Positions 46,425 to 56,363 of a DNA stretch of 64,000 nt are shown piece by piece. Origin of the DNA: a virus; the IMG/VR virus record IMGVR_UViG_3300034524_000011, positions 1 through 64,000 of that record; one strand, 5' to 3'. Positions within the stretch are counted from its first letter, which is position 1, and each line of letters starts with the position of its first letter. Below the pieces are notes generated by a model. It was given only the letters and a program-made list of their open reading frames with translations. It searched no databases and had not been told where the DNA came from. The position numbers and the translations under genes are program-made.

Positions 46425-47376
46425 CCAGGAAGAGGAAGCCCAGAACAGGTTCCAGGTACGGTCTGACCAGGCCATAGCCGAAGGGTGGAGATACAACGAG
46501 GATCCGCCGGAGCCAAAGAAATGCGAATATTGCGGCAAGACCTTATACCATTTCGGACTTACAAACCCACTGCAGCATAAACAGATTTTTATGTGGATGC
46601 CCGAACCGGAGCGCTGTGACTGCAAACAGGCCCAGCAACACTGGGCCAAGGTCGAGGCGGAAAAAAAGGCCGCAAAAGAGGAAAAGAAGCGCCGTGAGGA
46701 AGCAGAACGCCTGCAACGCAAGATAAACAAGCTGATCAAGGACAGCGGAATCAGAGGCCGGTTTTTAAACCGGACATTTGAGCGTTTCGAGGTAAACGAG
46801 GTCAACAGGAAAGCCTACGAAGTGGCCAAATATTACGCGGATAACTTCAAGGCCATGCTTCCCAGGAAGGGCCAGGACGGCATAGTAGAGCCGCCGGAGA
46901 CAGAATGCAACGGCCTATTCATAACCGGCAGCTACGGTACCGGAAAAACCCACCTGGCAGCGGCCATATCGAACCAGCTGATCATGGAAGGGATACCGGT
47001 TATATGCATGACGATGATTGACCTTCTGGCCAAGATTAAACAGACATTCGACCGCAACGACGAGGCCACCGAGGCCGAAATCATGAAGATTTATGAAGAG
47101 GTGCCGCTGCTGGTCATTGACGACATAGGCAGCGAGCAGCCAACCGAATGGGGATCCACAAAGATATTCTCGATAATCAACGCCAGATACGAGGCCTACA
47201 TGCCGGTCATAGTGACCACAAACTACGCCGGGGACGAGCTGGTAAGGAGAATGACACCGATAGGACCAAACGGCCGGCCATTGGACAGCAGGAACGCCGA
47301 AAAGACGCTGGACAGGCTGAAAGAGATGTGTGTAGGCATTGAAATGAACTGGGAAAGTTGGCGGTCAAGAGGATAG
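46318..47376 (+). CDS. DnaC/IstB-like helicase loader ATPase
   Basis: GSYGTGKTHLA, LLVIDDIGSE, IVTTN; N-terminal Cys motifs. Confidence 0.9.
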   Translation: MESIASILTGITSNQRPARREAKVREMRLQASNEHDQEEEAQNRFQVRSDQAIAEGWRYNEDPPEPKKCEYCGKTLYHFGLTNPLQHKQIFMWMPEPERCDCKQAQQHWAKVEAEKKAAKEEKKRREEAERLQRKINKLIKDSGIRGRFLNRTFERFEVNEVNRKAYEVAKYYADNFKAMLPRKGQDGIVEPPETECNGLFITGSYGTGKTHLAAAISNQLIMEGIPVICMTMIDLLAKIKQTFDRNDEATEAEIMKIYEEVPLLVIDDIGSEQPTEWGSTKIFSIINARYEAYMPVIVTTNYAGDELVRRMTPIGPNGRPLDSRNAEKTLDRLKEMCVGIEMNWESWRSRG

Positions 47377-47391
47377 AGGAGGGATGAGATC

Positions 47392-47607
47392 ATGAAAAAC
47401 ACATTAACGGACTTGAATAATTACCCTGATGTGAACAAAAGGAAATTGTTGGAGAAATTCTTAGAATCGAAAACTGAGGATTGTCCAGGTTGGTGCAATA
47501 TGTGTGAATACGTTGAAATATGTGACACAATCGAAAGAATGTGGAGAAAGTTAAAGGAGCAGGAAGAATGGGAGAAAGATGAAGATGATGAAACAGATAT
47601 TGAATGA
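47392..47607 (+). CDS. Small chimeric hypothetical protein
   Basis: RBS; MKNTLTDLNN start followed by an AT-richer Cys/acidic segment. Confidence 0.45.
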   Translation: MKNTLTDLNNYPDVNKRKLLEKFLESKTEDCPGWCNMCEYVEICDTIERMWRKLKEQEEWEKDEDDETDIE

Positions 47608-48222
47608 ATTATAACAACATCTTACACCAAAGAGCAGCTCAAATCTTACTACGGGAACCACAAGATAAGCAGCGGCCTGACCGGATACTTTCAAAAGGGC
47701 TACACGCCGGCGAACAAAGGAAAGAAAGGCTACCATGCACCAGGATGCGAGAAGGGATGGTTCAAGAAAGGGCACAAGCCCCTAAACCATAAGCCGGTAG
47801 GCAGCGAGCGAGTAGACAGAGACGGATACACCCTGGTAAAGGTAGCGGAACCGAATGTATGGGAGCCAAAGCATAAGGTGCTCTGGGAAAAGAAAAACGG
47901 GAAGGTACCGGAAGGATATGTTCTAACCTTCCTCGACGGAGATAAAAGCAACATCACACTGGACAACCTGGCCCTCATATCGATGGCCGAATCGCTGGAA
48001 ATCACAAGGTCGAACTTAAGGAGCACCAATCCGGAATTCACAAAAACCGGCATTTTAATAGCAAAGGTTAAGATAGCCAGAAGCAAGCGGAAGCGGAAAA
48101 AGAATCTGATGGGAGGTCGAAACAATGAAGAAAAAGAGAGCATGCAGGATGACACAGGAGGAAAGAGCCATTCACAACAGAGCAGTGAGCATAAGGAAAA
48201 TGACAGATGCGCAGCTTTGTGA
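47608..48222 (+). pseudogene. 5'-truncated HNH endonuclease
   Basis: Open frame from 47608 without start/RBS: FQKGYTPANKG...FKKGHKP...DGY..VKV...KHKVLWE...FLDGDKSNITLDNL. Confidence 0.6.
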
Positions 48223-48454
48223 GTTTATAGACCGCACATACGGAAAAGGCATGGAAGAAGGAGCGAGGCTGGCACAGAGCCAGGCCAAAGCAAAACCTGA
48301 AGACGCAATCGCTCACGTTAGGAAGTTCATCGATTACCTGACCGAGAAAACCGGCTGCGGCAACAGGATCGGCAAAGGAACCATTCTGCAGCTTAACAGA
48401 GAGCTGGAGAATGCCATCAAGAGCGGCCTGTTTTCCGGGGAGGTGAACAAATGA
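48125..48454 (+). CDS. Hypothetical protein
   Basis: GGGAGG RBS; AVSIRKMTDAQL. Confidence 0.6.
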   Translation: MKKKRACRMTQEERAIHNRAVSIRKMTDAQLCEFIDRTYGKGMEEGARLAQSQAKAKPEDAIAHVRKFIDYLTEKTGCGNRIGKGTILQLNRELENAIKSGLFSGEVNK

Positions 48455-49059
48455 GCAGAAGCCACGCGAACAGAGGACAAGCATTCGAGGATTTCTTAAG
48501 GTTTGTTCACCAAAGGTACCAGGCAGACGGAATAGCATGCGTCCACAAGGTACCGACGGAGTTTTTACCACTCCGGAACGCCAAAGGTCAGGTCTGTAGT
48601 GCGAAGGTCGAGCATAAAAGCTGCGTAGATTACCTGGGCAGATACAAAGGCATACCGGTGGCCATTGAGGCAAAGCACACGGAAGAGAACCGGATCGCAT
48701 TCAACCGGGTAGAGCCTCACCAGGCGGAATACCTCGACGACTGGCTCAAGGATCCACACGCAATAGCACTCGTCCTGGTGAGTTTCAGCCTTCGCAGATT
48801 TTACGCGGTACCATGGGAGTTCTGGAAAGCAGCGCTGGAGAGCTGGCAGCAGTACAAGGGTAAGGAGAAGAGGACTGTAACCGCATACGGATGGACATGG
48901 ACCACTCCAGGAATGGCCAGCGTATCGGAAGACCAGCTCCATCCGGAATGGGAGATAAAGACCGGGGGAAGATCAGGACTTCCATACCTTGAGATTATAG
49001 ACAAAATGACAGGGGGAGAGGTCAATGCAAACAGAAGACAAGGTAGTAAAGTCATTTGA
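48451..49059 (+). CDS. recU: RecU-like Holliday junction resolvase
   Basis: ANRGQAFE, KVPT, VDY.G, EAK, HQ motifs. Confidence 0.88.
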   Translation: MSRSHANRGQAFEDFLRFVHQRYQADGIACVHKVPTEFLPLRNAKGQVCSAKVEHKSCVDYLGRYKGIPVAIEAKHTEENRIAFNRVEPHQAEYLDDWLKDPHAIALVLVSFSLRRFYAVPWEFWKAALESWQQYKGKEKRTVTAYGWTWTTPGMASVSEDQLHPEWEIKTGGRSGLPYLEIIDKMTGGEVNANRRQGSKVI

Positions 49060-49288
49060 CATGAGCAATCTCATGAAAATAACGAGGCTTCCGCTGATAT
49101 GCGTTTACAACAGCCCTTCAGACTACCCAGGAAAGTATGTAGCAAGGCTCTGGGACGTGGACAAGCCGACCAACATGGTGGCCGTCGCCGAAAGCCTGGA
49201 GGAAATCAGAGAAGCAAAACCACCGGAGATGATGATCATGGACAGAATGCCAAACGACGATCCGGTGATCGTTGAAACATGGATTTAG
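49025..49288 (+). CDS. Hypothetical protein
   Basis: VYNSPSDYPGKYVAR...DDPVIVETWI. Confidence 0.6.
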   Translation: MQTEDKVVKSFDMSNLMKITRLPLICVYNSPSDYPGKYVARLWDVDKPTNMVAVAESLEEIREAKPPEMMIMDRMPNDDPVIVETWI

Positions 49289-49306
49289 GAGAGGAGGCCC
49301 AACCAC

Positions 49307-49726
49307 ATGAAAGCAATCACATTATGGCAGCCCTGGGCCCAGCTAATCGTCCAGGGAGACAAGCTGATAGAAACGAGGAGTTATAACACCAACATAAGAG
49401 GCCGAGTGGCCATACACGCAGCAAAAAGCGACCACAGCGGGATATTACTTCACATACCAATGAGAGAGCTCGCATACTTCCAGGAAGCAGGAGTAACCGG
49501 CGTGAAAGAGCCGCCAAGGGGAGCAATAGTGGGAACGGTAGAAATCGTAGACAGCCTGCCAATAGAAGAGCTGATAGGCACCAAATACGACACACCGAAG
49601 GAGCGAGCCTTCGGAGATTGGAGTCCAGGACGCTGGGGATGGATACTTCGAAACCCGGTGCTTTTTGAAAAGCCGATACCGGCCAAAGGCGCCCAAGGTT
49701 TCTGGAATTGGAGGACAGACACATGA
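49307..49726 (+). CDS. ASCH domain protein
   Basis: MKAITLWQPWAQLI..G.K.IETR...IHAAK...KGAQGFW. Confidence 0.92.
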   Translation: MKAITLWQPWAQLIVQGDKLIETRSYNTNIRGRVAIHAAKSDHSGILLHIPMRELAYFQEAGVTGVKEPPRGAIVGTVEIVDSLPIEELIGTKYDTPKERAFGDWSPGRWGWILRNPVLFEKPIPAKGAQGFWNWRTDT

Positions 49727-50034
49727 TCAGGTATAAGTGCCCAAGATGCCAAGGAAACCAATATTCCGCGAGCCCAGATAAAGCACACGAGCCGTGCATT
49801 TACTGCGGCCACGAAGGAACGGTACCGATGAAAAGCCTGGAAGAGGAGGGGAACGATGAAAACATACATGAACAGGATCGACCGGGAACACCATGTGATG
49901 ATCCTGGTCATATGGGATTATTTAAACACATGGCTGGAGCAGACCAGCTGCCTCACCAAAGAGGAGAGGAAGAGAGTCAAGACAGCGGCTACCCACCTAC
50001 TCCATACCAGCGACAGCATCGTGAAGAGGCTTGA
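49723..50034 (+). CDS. Small zinc-ribbon protein (3' extent uncertain)
   Basis: CPRC...CIYC; overlaps the next ORF. Confidence 0.4.
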   Translation: MIRYKCPRCQGNQYSASPDKAHEPCIYCGHEGTVPMKSLEEEGNDENIHEQDRPGTPCDDPGHMGLFKHMAGADQLPHQRGEEESQDSGYPPTPYQRQHREEA

Positions 50035-50299
50035 TACCGATTATGCCAAAAGACTATTAAGAACCGCGAAAAACACAGAGGTAAGAGTGGTGGATCGAGC
50101 AAACGTAATGCTCGGCCGAGAGCCAGACACCGTGAACATAAAAATAGACGACCTATACGACATCGCAAGCTACGCTTTGACAGACTGCAGAGGCTGCAAG
50201 AGACCCGACCACAAAAACTGCGATAAATACAAGCTCTTCATGGATTTGAATATACCCGTAGCCCAGGAACAAACGGACGGCTGCCCTTACGAGAATTGA
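49856..50299 (+). CDS. Hypothetical protein with C-terminal Cys cluster
   Basis: CRGC...C...CPY. Confidence 0.6.
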   Translation: MKTYMNRIDREHHVMILVIWDYLNTWLEQTSCLTKEERKRVKTAATHLLHTSDSIVKRLDTDYAKRLLRTAKNTEVRVVDRANVMLGREPDTVNIKIDDLYDIASYALTDCRGCKRPDHKNCDKYKLFMDLNIPVAQEQTDGCPYEN

Positions 50300-50312
50300 C
50301 GGAGGGACGGCC

Positions 50313-50612
50313 ATGAAGATAGAGATTTACTACGAATGCCCGATATGCCACCAAAGCTGGGCAACACAGAGCGCAGCAATCGCCTGCAGGAACCAGCACC
50401 CGGTCATTGAAAAGAAATGGGCCAACTGCGAGGTTTGCGGTCAGGGATGGAACATAACATACTGGGGAGAAAAACAAGCAGTAGAGCTCGCCAGGAAGTG
50501 CGAACAGGAACACGAGGCCAAAGGTGAGACCGAAGAATTAAGCCGAAAAACATTCTTCTTAAGCGGAGGGACAAAAGGCAAATATTACCCACCAAGGAAG
50601 GAGAGTAAATGA
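50313..50612 (+). CDS. Double zinc-finger protein
   Basis: CPIC...C..H and CEVC...C...H. Confidence 0.6.
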   Translation: MKIEIYYECPICHQSWATQSAAIACRNQHPVIEKKWANCEVCGQGWNITYWGEKQAVELARKCEQEHEAKGETEELSRKTFFLSGGTKGKYYPPRKESK

Positions 50613-51274
50613 ATGGGACCGATTGTAAACCAAGGATCATCGAATGCAGCAGGTGCGGCTGCGAATGGAATGTAAGCAGCCAGGCACACATACCGGAAAC
50701 TGGTTATATTTGCCCGCACTGCACGAGCAGAGAGCGAGAAAATAACGCCTTTCAGGAGGATAAGCATATGGCAAATAGATCACTGCTTCACAGAAGCAAG
50801 ATAGAGGATTTCAAGAGCTGGCTTCAGGAAGACGGCTGGCAGATAGAACAGCCCAAAGGAATATACGAGGTCGTAAGGGCCACAAAGGGCACCAGGAAGC
50901 CATTAATAGTTTACACGAGGGATAACAAAGGCAATGAGCATATAACCGTTCAGGACCGCGATGTGCCGGTCGTAAGGGCATACATAAGGGACAGGAGAAG
51001 AGAAGCCAGGGCAAAGGCCAACGGGATCCAGAAAGTAACCAAAGAAGAAATGCTGAAGATAATCGACACCAGGGAGCCACTCGGAAAGTTTTACAGGATA
51101 GAAGGTAAGACCATCATCGCAGTGGATAATTCCACAGGAGACGCCTGGACCGAGGAATTCAAAGACTTTGAAATTTTCCTTCTGTGGATAACCACACAGC
51201 TGACCGTAGAGGATGCGGTAGAAAAAACAAGGAGGAGGAATAAGCATGCAAAATGTGTCAGCATTAGAAATTAA
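50609..51274 (+). CDS. Hypothetical protein (possible fusion; internal RBS/ATG at 50768)
   Basis: N-terminal zinc ribbon, then GGAGG...ATG MANRSLLH. Confidence 0.5.
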   Translation: MNGTDCKPRIIECSRCGCEWNVSSQAHIPETGYICPHCTSRERENNAFQEDKHMANRSLLHRSKIEDFKSWLQEDGWQIEQPKGIYEVVRATKGTRKPLIVYTRDNKGNEHITVQDRDVPVVRAYIRDRRREARAKANGIQKVTKEEMLKIIDTREPLGKFYRIEGKTIIAVDNSTGDAWTEEFKDFEIFLLWITTQLTVEDAVEKTRRRNKHAKCVSIRN

Positions 51275-51304
51275 AGAAAACATATCAAGAGGAGGAGACA
51301 GTGT

Positions 51305-51832
51305 ATGAACGAGCTTAAAAAATGCGAAAGGTGCAGAAACAGCAGGTTTATATACCTGGAGAGAAAATGCAAATTTGAAATGCCGCAATTTCCAATAGAG
51401 GACGAGGGAGAATGTGAGCATTATGACAGCTGGTTTATCGAGTACCCGCTAACAATCGACGGAATAGACAATTGCTTTAACAAAGAAAGAGTAAGGAGCT
51501 TATACGATTGCGGAAAACTCGTCAGGATTTCACCATGCGGAGAAGAGTATAAAGGCAAAACATACCTCGGGATATTGCTTGGCGATCTTCCGATCGGTGC
51601 ACACATTTCTTTTAACAGAGAGAGCAAGATACTGAAGGTTTCACCTCATACGAACCCTGGAATATTTGTACCAGAGCTAAAAAAGATCATTTATGGATGT
51701 GAAAGCTGGTGGGGAGAGATCGAAAACCCAGAAGACCTGAAAGACATAACCAGTGAGGATATAGAAAACACCTGGTATGTTCAACTTCTCAAGAGTATGG
51801 CCGGAATGGAGGCGACCAAAGATGATGAATAA
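51305..51832 (+). CDS. Hypothetical protein
   Basis: KTYLGILLGDLP...NPGIFVPELKKIIYGCESWW. Confidence 0.6.
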   Translation: MNELKKCERCRNSRFIYLERKCKFEMPQFPIEDEGECEHYDSWFIEYPLTIDGIDNCFNKERVRSLYDCGKLVRISPCGEEYKGKTYLGILLGDLPIGAHISFNRESKILKVSPHTNPGIFVPELKKIIYGCESWWGEIENPEDLKDITSEDIENTWYVQLLKSMAGMEATKDDE

Positions 51833-52811
51833 GAGCAAGATAGAATGGTGTGATTTCACCTGGAACCCGGTCACAGGCTGCCGGCACGGCTGCCCATACT
51901 GCTACGCAGCAAAGCAGGCAAGACGCTTTTCCGGAGATGTAAGGCTGAATAAGAGTTCAGACCAGCTGAAAAGAGACGAGAATGGTCTGTATATCCTGGA
52001 CAAGCCATTTAAAAACCAGGTAGGCAAGGTTATACCGGACCCGGTGGGATTTGAGCCGATAATGCACAAATACCGCCTGCCAATGCCGGCACAAAAGAAG
52101 AAACCGGCCAAGATTTTTGTAGTATCCATGGGAGATTTATTCGGATCCTGGATACCGGACAGCTGGATCGAGGAAGTATTCAGGGCCTGTGATGCAGCAC
52201 CATGGCACACCTACATGTTTTTAACAAAGAACCCACGCAGGTATGTGGAGCTGGCCGAAAAAGGCATACTCCGGACCGGCGACAACTTCTGGTACGGCAG
52301 CACAGCGACCACACCGGAAACGGAATTCTTCTGGGACGAAAAACTAAACACATTTGTAAGCATTGAACCAATTCACGCACCATTCCCGGACGTCATACGC
52401 CCGGATAACGGCCTTCAAAAGGTGAAATGGGTAATCATCGGAGCAGAGACAGGAAACCAAAAAGAAAAGGTGGTACCGGAGAAAAGCTGGATCAGGGACA
52501 TAGTCAAGGCCTGCTGGGTAGCAAAGATACCGGTATTCCTGAAGGATAACTTAAAGGAGGTGTGGGGAGAGGACCTCATCCAGGAGTGGCCGGCAGGAAT
52601 GCCGATGGACAAAGGAAACGACGTGCCGCAATGCAAAGAATGCGAGCATTGCGAAATAACACCTGAAGGTAAGAGAGGGAACCGGCACTACTGCAGGAAG
52701 GAAGACCGGCACGTTTTAGGAAGATATGCAAGGACCAGCCCACCATGGTGCCCACTTCGTAGAGAGGAGGAAGCAGCAGATGAAATCACGGATGAAGAAA
52801 CTGATTTATAA
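51822..52811 (+). CDS. DUF5131 / Gp37-Gp68 radical-SAM-like protein
   Basis: SKIEWCDFTWNPVTGCRHGCPYCYA, SMGDLF, LTKNP, WVIIGAETG. Confidence 0.9.
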   Translation: MMNKSKIEWCDFTWNPVTGCRHGCPYCYAAKQARRFSGDVRLNKSSDQLKRDENGLYILDKPFKNQVGKVIPDPVGFEPIMHKYRLPMPAQKKKPAKIFVVSMGDLFGSWIPDSWIEEVFRACDAAPWHTYMFLTKNPRRYVELAEKGILRTGDNFWYGSTATTPETEFFWDEKLNTFVSIEPIHAPFPDVIRPDNGLQKVKWVIIGAETGNQKEKVVPEKSWIRDIVKACWVAKIPVFLKDNLKEVWGEDLIQEWPAGMPMDKGNDVPQCKECEHCEITPEGKRGNRHYCRKEDRHVLGRYARTSPPWCPLRREEEAADEITDEETDL

Positions 52812-53073
52812 CGCCAAGCGCTTTATTCACTCGCTCAAAGTGAGATGGAGGATCCGGAAGACACCGAAATTCATGCGCAAGTTTGCTTTCTGGTGGCACA
52901 TGGCGGCCTATGACACAGCCCAGGTACTAAAGGGAGTCAGGCCAATGGCCAAAGATACACTGGACAGCATGGCAGACCTTGTCGGGACAGAAAGGCAAGA
53001 GGGAGAAACAGACGAGGAGCTGCGAAAGCGAATAATCGAAATCGTTAAAAAGAAAGGAGGAATGGCCCGATGA
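52780..53073 (+). CDS. Hypothetical protein
   Basis: RBS; GETDEELRKRI. Confidence 0.5.
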   Translation: MKSRMKKLIYNAKRFIHSLKVRWRIRKTPKFMRKFAFWWHMAAYDTAQVLKGVRPMAKDTLDSMADLVGTERQEGETDEELRKRIIEIVKKKGGMAR

Positions 53074-53549
53074 TGATTGAGTTTTGTGGAAACTGCAAGG
53101 TCGGTGCAGAGACCAAGGACATATATCCAGGAACATGCCCTTATTACAAGAAAGCATCGGGCAGGCACTGTGCAAACCACAGGCCACTCCCATACAGGCC
53201 CAATGACGGCCGCATGGTTTACATCGCCAGCGCAATGAGAGGAGATATAGAAGGTAACCTCAAAAAGGCAGCAGCATACTGCCAGGCAGCTGCAGAATCC
53301 GGAGCGATACCGATAGCACCGCACCTTTATTTTTCATCCTACCTGGACGACAGGATCCCAGAGGAAAGAGCCGCCGGCATGGAGATGGGACTGCAGATCC
53401 TGAAGAGATGTGACGAGCTCTGGGTATTCGGGCCACCAACGGAAGGTATGAAGGCGGAAATAAGGCTGGCCGAAAGCCTGAAAATTCCGATCCTTTACAT
53501 ACCGGAAGAGACAATAAATAAGATTTTAGAGAGGAGATGTATCGCGTGA
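53070..53549 (+). CDS. DUF4406/nucleoside deoxyribosyltransferase-like protein
   Basis: VYIASAMRGD, PIAPHL, CDELWVFG..TEGMKAEI. Confidence 0.75.
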   Translation: MMIEFCGNCKVGAETKDIYPGTCPYYKKASGRHCANHRPLPYRPNDGRMVYIASAMRGDIEGNLKKAAAYCQAAAESGAIPIAPHLYFSSYLDDRIPEERAAGMEMGLQILKRCDELWVFGPPTEGMKAEIRLAESLKIPILYIPEETINKILERRCIA

Positions 53550-53959
53550 ACAAAGCAATATTCACAGGACGCCTGGGCAGCGACCCAGAGCTCCGCTACA
53601 CAACCACCGGAATACCGGTATGTACTTTTAACCTGGCAGTGGACAGGCCCAAGCCAAAGGACGGAGAAGGAGGAACCGACTGGCCAACCATAGTGGCCTG
53701 GAGACATAAGGCCGAATTTGCAGCAAAGTATCTGACCAAGGGGCGCAAGATCCTTGTCGTGGCCACAGTGAGGACCAGGGTAACAGAGGACAGCAACGGC
53801 AAAAAGCGCAAAATTACAGAGTTCTGGGCCGAGGAAATAGAGTTCTGTGACAGCAAGCCACAAAACAGCGCGGCAGCGAGCGGATACCAGGAAGACGACA
53901 GAGATTATTATACGGACGGTTTCACGCCAGTAGAAGATGATGGCGATTTTCCGTTTTAG
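53546..53959 (+). CDS. ssb: Single-stranded DNA-binding protein
   Basis: NKAIFTGRLGSDPELRYT...acidic tail DDGDFPF. Confidence 0.95.
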   Translation: MNKAIFTGRLGSDPELRYTTTGIPVCTFNLAVDRPKPKDGEGGTDWPTIVAWRHKAEFAAKYLTKGRKILVVATVRTRVTEDSNGKKRKITEFWAEEIEFCDSKPQNSAAASGYQEDDRDYYTDGFTPVEDDGDFPF

Positions 53960-53974
53960 AGAGGAGGGATAAGG

Positions 53975-54580
53975 ATGGCGATGAACAGCAAGGAGTCAAT
54001 GGGCATAGCAGGCATGAGCTTTGCCTGCTTAAGCACAAGAGTATTAGAAATAGCTCTTCAAAAAGGGATAGAGGCAGGAACCAAGGCAGCAATGGAATAC
54101 TTAATCGAGGAAAAGAAGGCGCAGAGGAAAGGGAGGTATGACCGACGACTACGAAATACCCGTCTGCTGCTTAAGAATTACAGGGCATTAAAACAACATG
54201 TCCAAGGCGCCGTGTTCAACGCCAAGCAGGCAAAGGAAAGCGCAATAGACATATTAGATGGTTTGGACGAGTTCAGCTTCGATGATAACCTATACATCGA
54301 AAGCATAAAGAGGAGCCAGCAGAGGACATTCATCATCCTACAACACATAGACGAGATGTTGAAATATTTCAGGATAGCCTGCGAGCAATCAGGCAGGGAG
54401 GAAGAGATGAGATGGTATAGGATCATCATGAAGACCTACATAGACGAGGAAAGGAAAACAGCTGAACAAATTGCAGAGGAAGAACACATAGAAAGGCGCA
54501 CAGTTTATAAGAATATCAATGCAGCAATAAAACCTCTCTCTGCCCTGATTTTTGGCATTGACAGCCTCAAACTTTACTAA
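53975..54580 (+). CDS. Late transcription activator (RinA/ArpU-like C-terminal HTH)
   Basis: NTRLLLKNY; TAEQIAEEEHIERRTVYK; last early gene before the packaging module. Confidence 0.7.
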   Translation: MAMNSKESMGIAGMSFACLSTRVLEIALQKGIEAGTKAAMEYLIEEKKAQRKGRYDRRLRNTRLLLKNYRALKQHVQGAVFNAKQAKESAIDILDGLDEFSFDDNLYIESIKRSQQRTFIILQHIDEMLKYFRIACEQSGREEEMRWYRIIMKTYIDEERKTAEQIAEEEHIERRTVYKNINAAIKPLSALIFGIDSLKLY

Positions 54581-54581
54581 A

Positions 54582-54656
54582 AAGTATGGTGCAAGAACCA
54601 TGCCAGCACAGGGCACAAATTGGGCACTGTAAAGGCACTTTAAATATTATAAAATG
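54582..54656 (+). promoter_or_regulatory. Late promoter region with 11-bp phased repeats
   Basis: AAGTATGGTGC AAGAACCATGC CAGCACAGGGC, GGCAC repeats, then an AT-rich -10-like TAAAAT with no clear -35. Confidence 0.55.
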
Positions 54657-54677
54657 ATAGCGTGGAGGAGTGGAAAT

Positions 54678-56309
54678 ATGGCCAAGAAAAAGGCGACAAA
54701 TACCTTCATCGAGATTGACTACTCAACCGAGGCAACACCGAGGGCAGTAACACCGGACGGCATTCCGGTTTTCTGTGCTCATGATGATATTATTCCGATT
54801 GAGAAGGCAATCCCGAACCCCAAGAACCCGAACCAGCACAGCCAAGCTCAAATAGAGCTGCTGGGGAACATCATCAAAGCAAACGGATGGAGAGTAGCGG
54901 TCACCATTTCAAAGAGGAGCGGCTTCATTGTCAAAGGACATGGCCGACGCCTGGCCGCGCTGCATATCAAGAGCGGATATATCCCGGTAGATTACCAGGA
55001 CTACGCCAGCGAGGCCGAGGAATGGGCGGACCTTATAGCAGACAACAGGCTGGCAGAGCTCTCAACCATCGACACAGGAATGCTGGTCGATTTAATCAAC
55101 GATATGGACACCGGAGAGGTACCGGTGGAGCTGACCGGTTACACCGAGGAGGACCTGGCGGCCATCATAGCAGCTCTGGAAGGAGCAGACGACACGGTGG
55201 ACGACAAGGTCGACGATGTACCGGAGACACAAAACATACCAATGACCAAGGCCGGAGATATCTGGTTCCTTGGACCACATAAACTGATATGCGGCAGCGC
55301 AACGGACCGAGAGACCATCGAAAAGCTGATGGCCGGAGAAAAGGGCCAGATGGTCAACACGGACCCGCCATACGGAGTAAGCTATGAGACCCAGAGCGGC
55401 AAGTTTGACATGATCAAGAACGACGACCTCACTGGCGACGATTTAATGGCCGACCTTTTGATACCGGCATTCAAGAACTATGTAGAGTTCACGGATCCGG
55501 ACGCAGCCTTTTATATCTGGCACGCAAGCAGCACCAGGCGAGACTTTGAGGACGCCATGACAGCTGCAGGCCTTATCGAAAAGCAGTACATCATCTGGGT
55601 AAAGAACGCACCGGTCCTGGGCCATGCAGACTACCAATGGGCGCATGAACCGTGCTTCTATGCAGAGAAGGCAGGCCAGAGCGCTCACTTCTATGGAGAT
55701 CGATCGCAAAGGACCACCTGGAAGGTAGTCCTCCGGGACAGCAACCACATGGCAACGGTCCTCACAGGAGGCGTCGTATTGACCGACGGTGCCGGAGGGA
55801 AGGTATTCATCAACGATAAGCCTCCAAAGGGCAAGAAGATCAGGTATATACGCTTAAGCGAAGGCAAGAGCGTCTGCCTGTATCCGGAGAGCAAAGTGTC
55901 GACCGTCTGGGAAGTAGCCAGAGAAACCGGCACAGAGCACCCGACACAAAAGCCGGTAGAGCTCGCAATCAGAGCCATAGACAACAGCAGCAAGCCAGGA
56001 GACCTGGTACTTGATTTCTTCGGAGGCTCCGGGAGCACGCTCATAGGAGCCGAAATGACCGGCAGGCGATGCAACATGGTGGAACTGGACCCGAGATACT
56101 GCGATGTAATCATTAACCGGTATGTGCGCTTCACAGGAAATATCGGAGTGACCTGCCTGCGAGACGGCCAGGAGCTGACATACATGCAGCTGAAGCAGGA
56201 AAACGACAAGCTCAATGGCCTTGCGGGGGGGTACAGAATATTGATATTTAAAGTAAGATGCGCATTCACCCGATTAATCCGCACAATAAACAAAATATTC
56301 AGGAGATAA
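54678..56309 (+). CDS. ParB-N fused DNA N4/N6 methyltransferase
   Basis: PNPKNPNQH, IVKGHGR, IADNRL; TDPPY, HPTQKP, DFFGGSGSTL. Confidence 0.92.
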   Translation: MAKKKATNTFIEIDYSTEATPRAVTPDGIPVFCAHDDIIPIEKAIPNPKNPNQHSQAQIELLGNIIKANGWRVAVTISKRSGFIVKGHGRRLAALHIKSGYIPVDYQDYASEAEEWADLIADNRLAELSTIDTGMLVDLINDMDTGEVPVELTGYTEEDLAAIIAALEGADDTVDDKVDDVPETQNIPMTKAGDIWFLGPHKLICGSATDRETIEKLMAGEKGQMVNTDPPYGVSYETQSGKFDMIKNDDLTGDDLMADLLIPAFKNYVEFTDPDAAFYIWHASSTRRDFEDAMTAAGLIEKQYIIWVKNAPVLGHADYQWAHEPCFYAEKAGQSAHFYGDRSQRTTWKVVLRDSNHMATVLTGGVVLTDGAGGKVFINDKPPKGKKIRYIRLSEGKSVCLYPESKVSTVWEVARETGTEHPTQKPVELAIRAIDNSSKPGDLVLDFFGGSGSTLIGAEMTGRRCNMVELDPRYCDVIINRYVRFTGNIGVTCLRDGQELTYMQLKQENDKLNGLAGGYRILIFKVRCAFTRLIRTINKIFRR

Positions 56310-56363
56310 CGGCAGGTCGCAACAAGGGCCTGCCTTTTAATATTCAGGAAAGGAGGTAGCAGC

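Noticed and set aside
56225-56231. G7 tract near the methyltransferase 3' end as a phase-variation switch
   Set aside because: Short, and downstream of all catalytic motifs; slippage would only alter the tail
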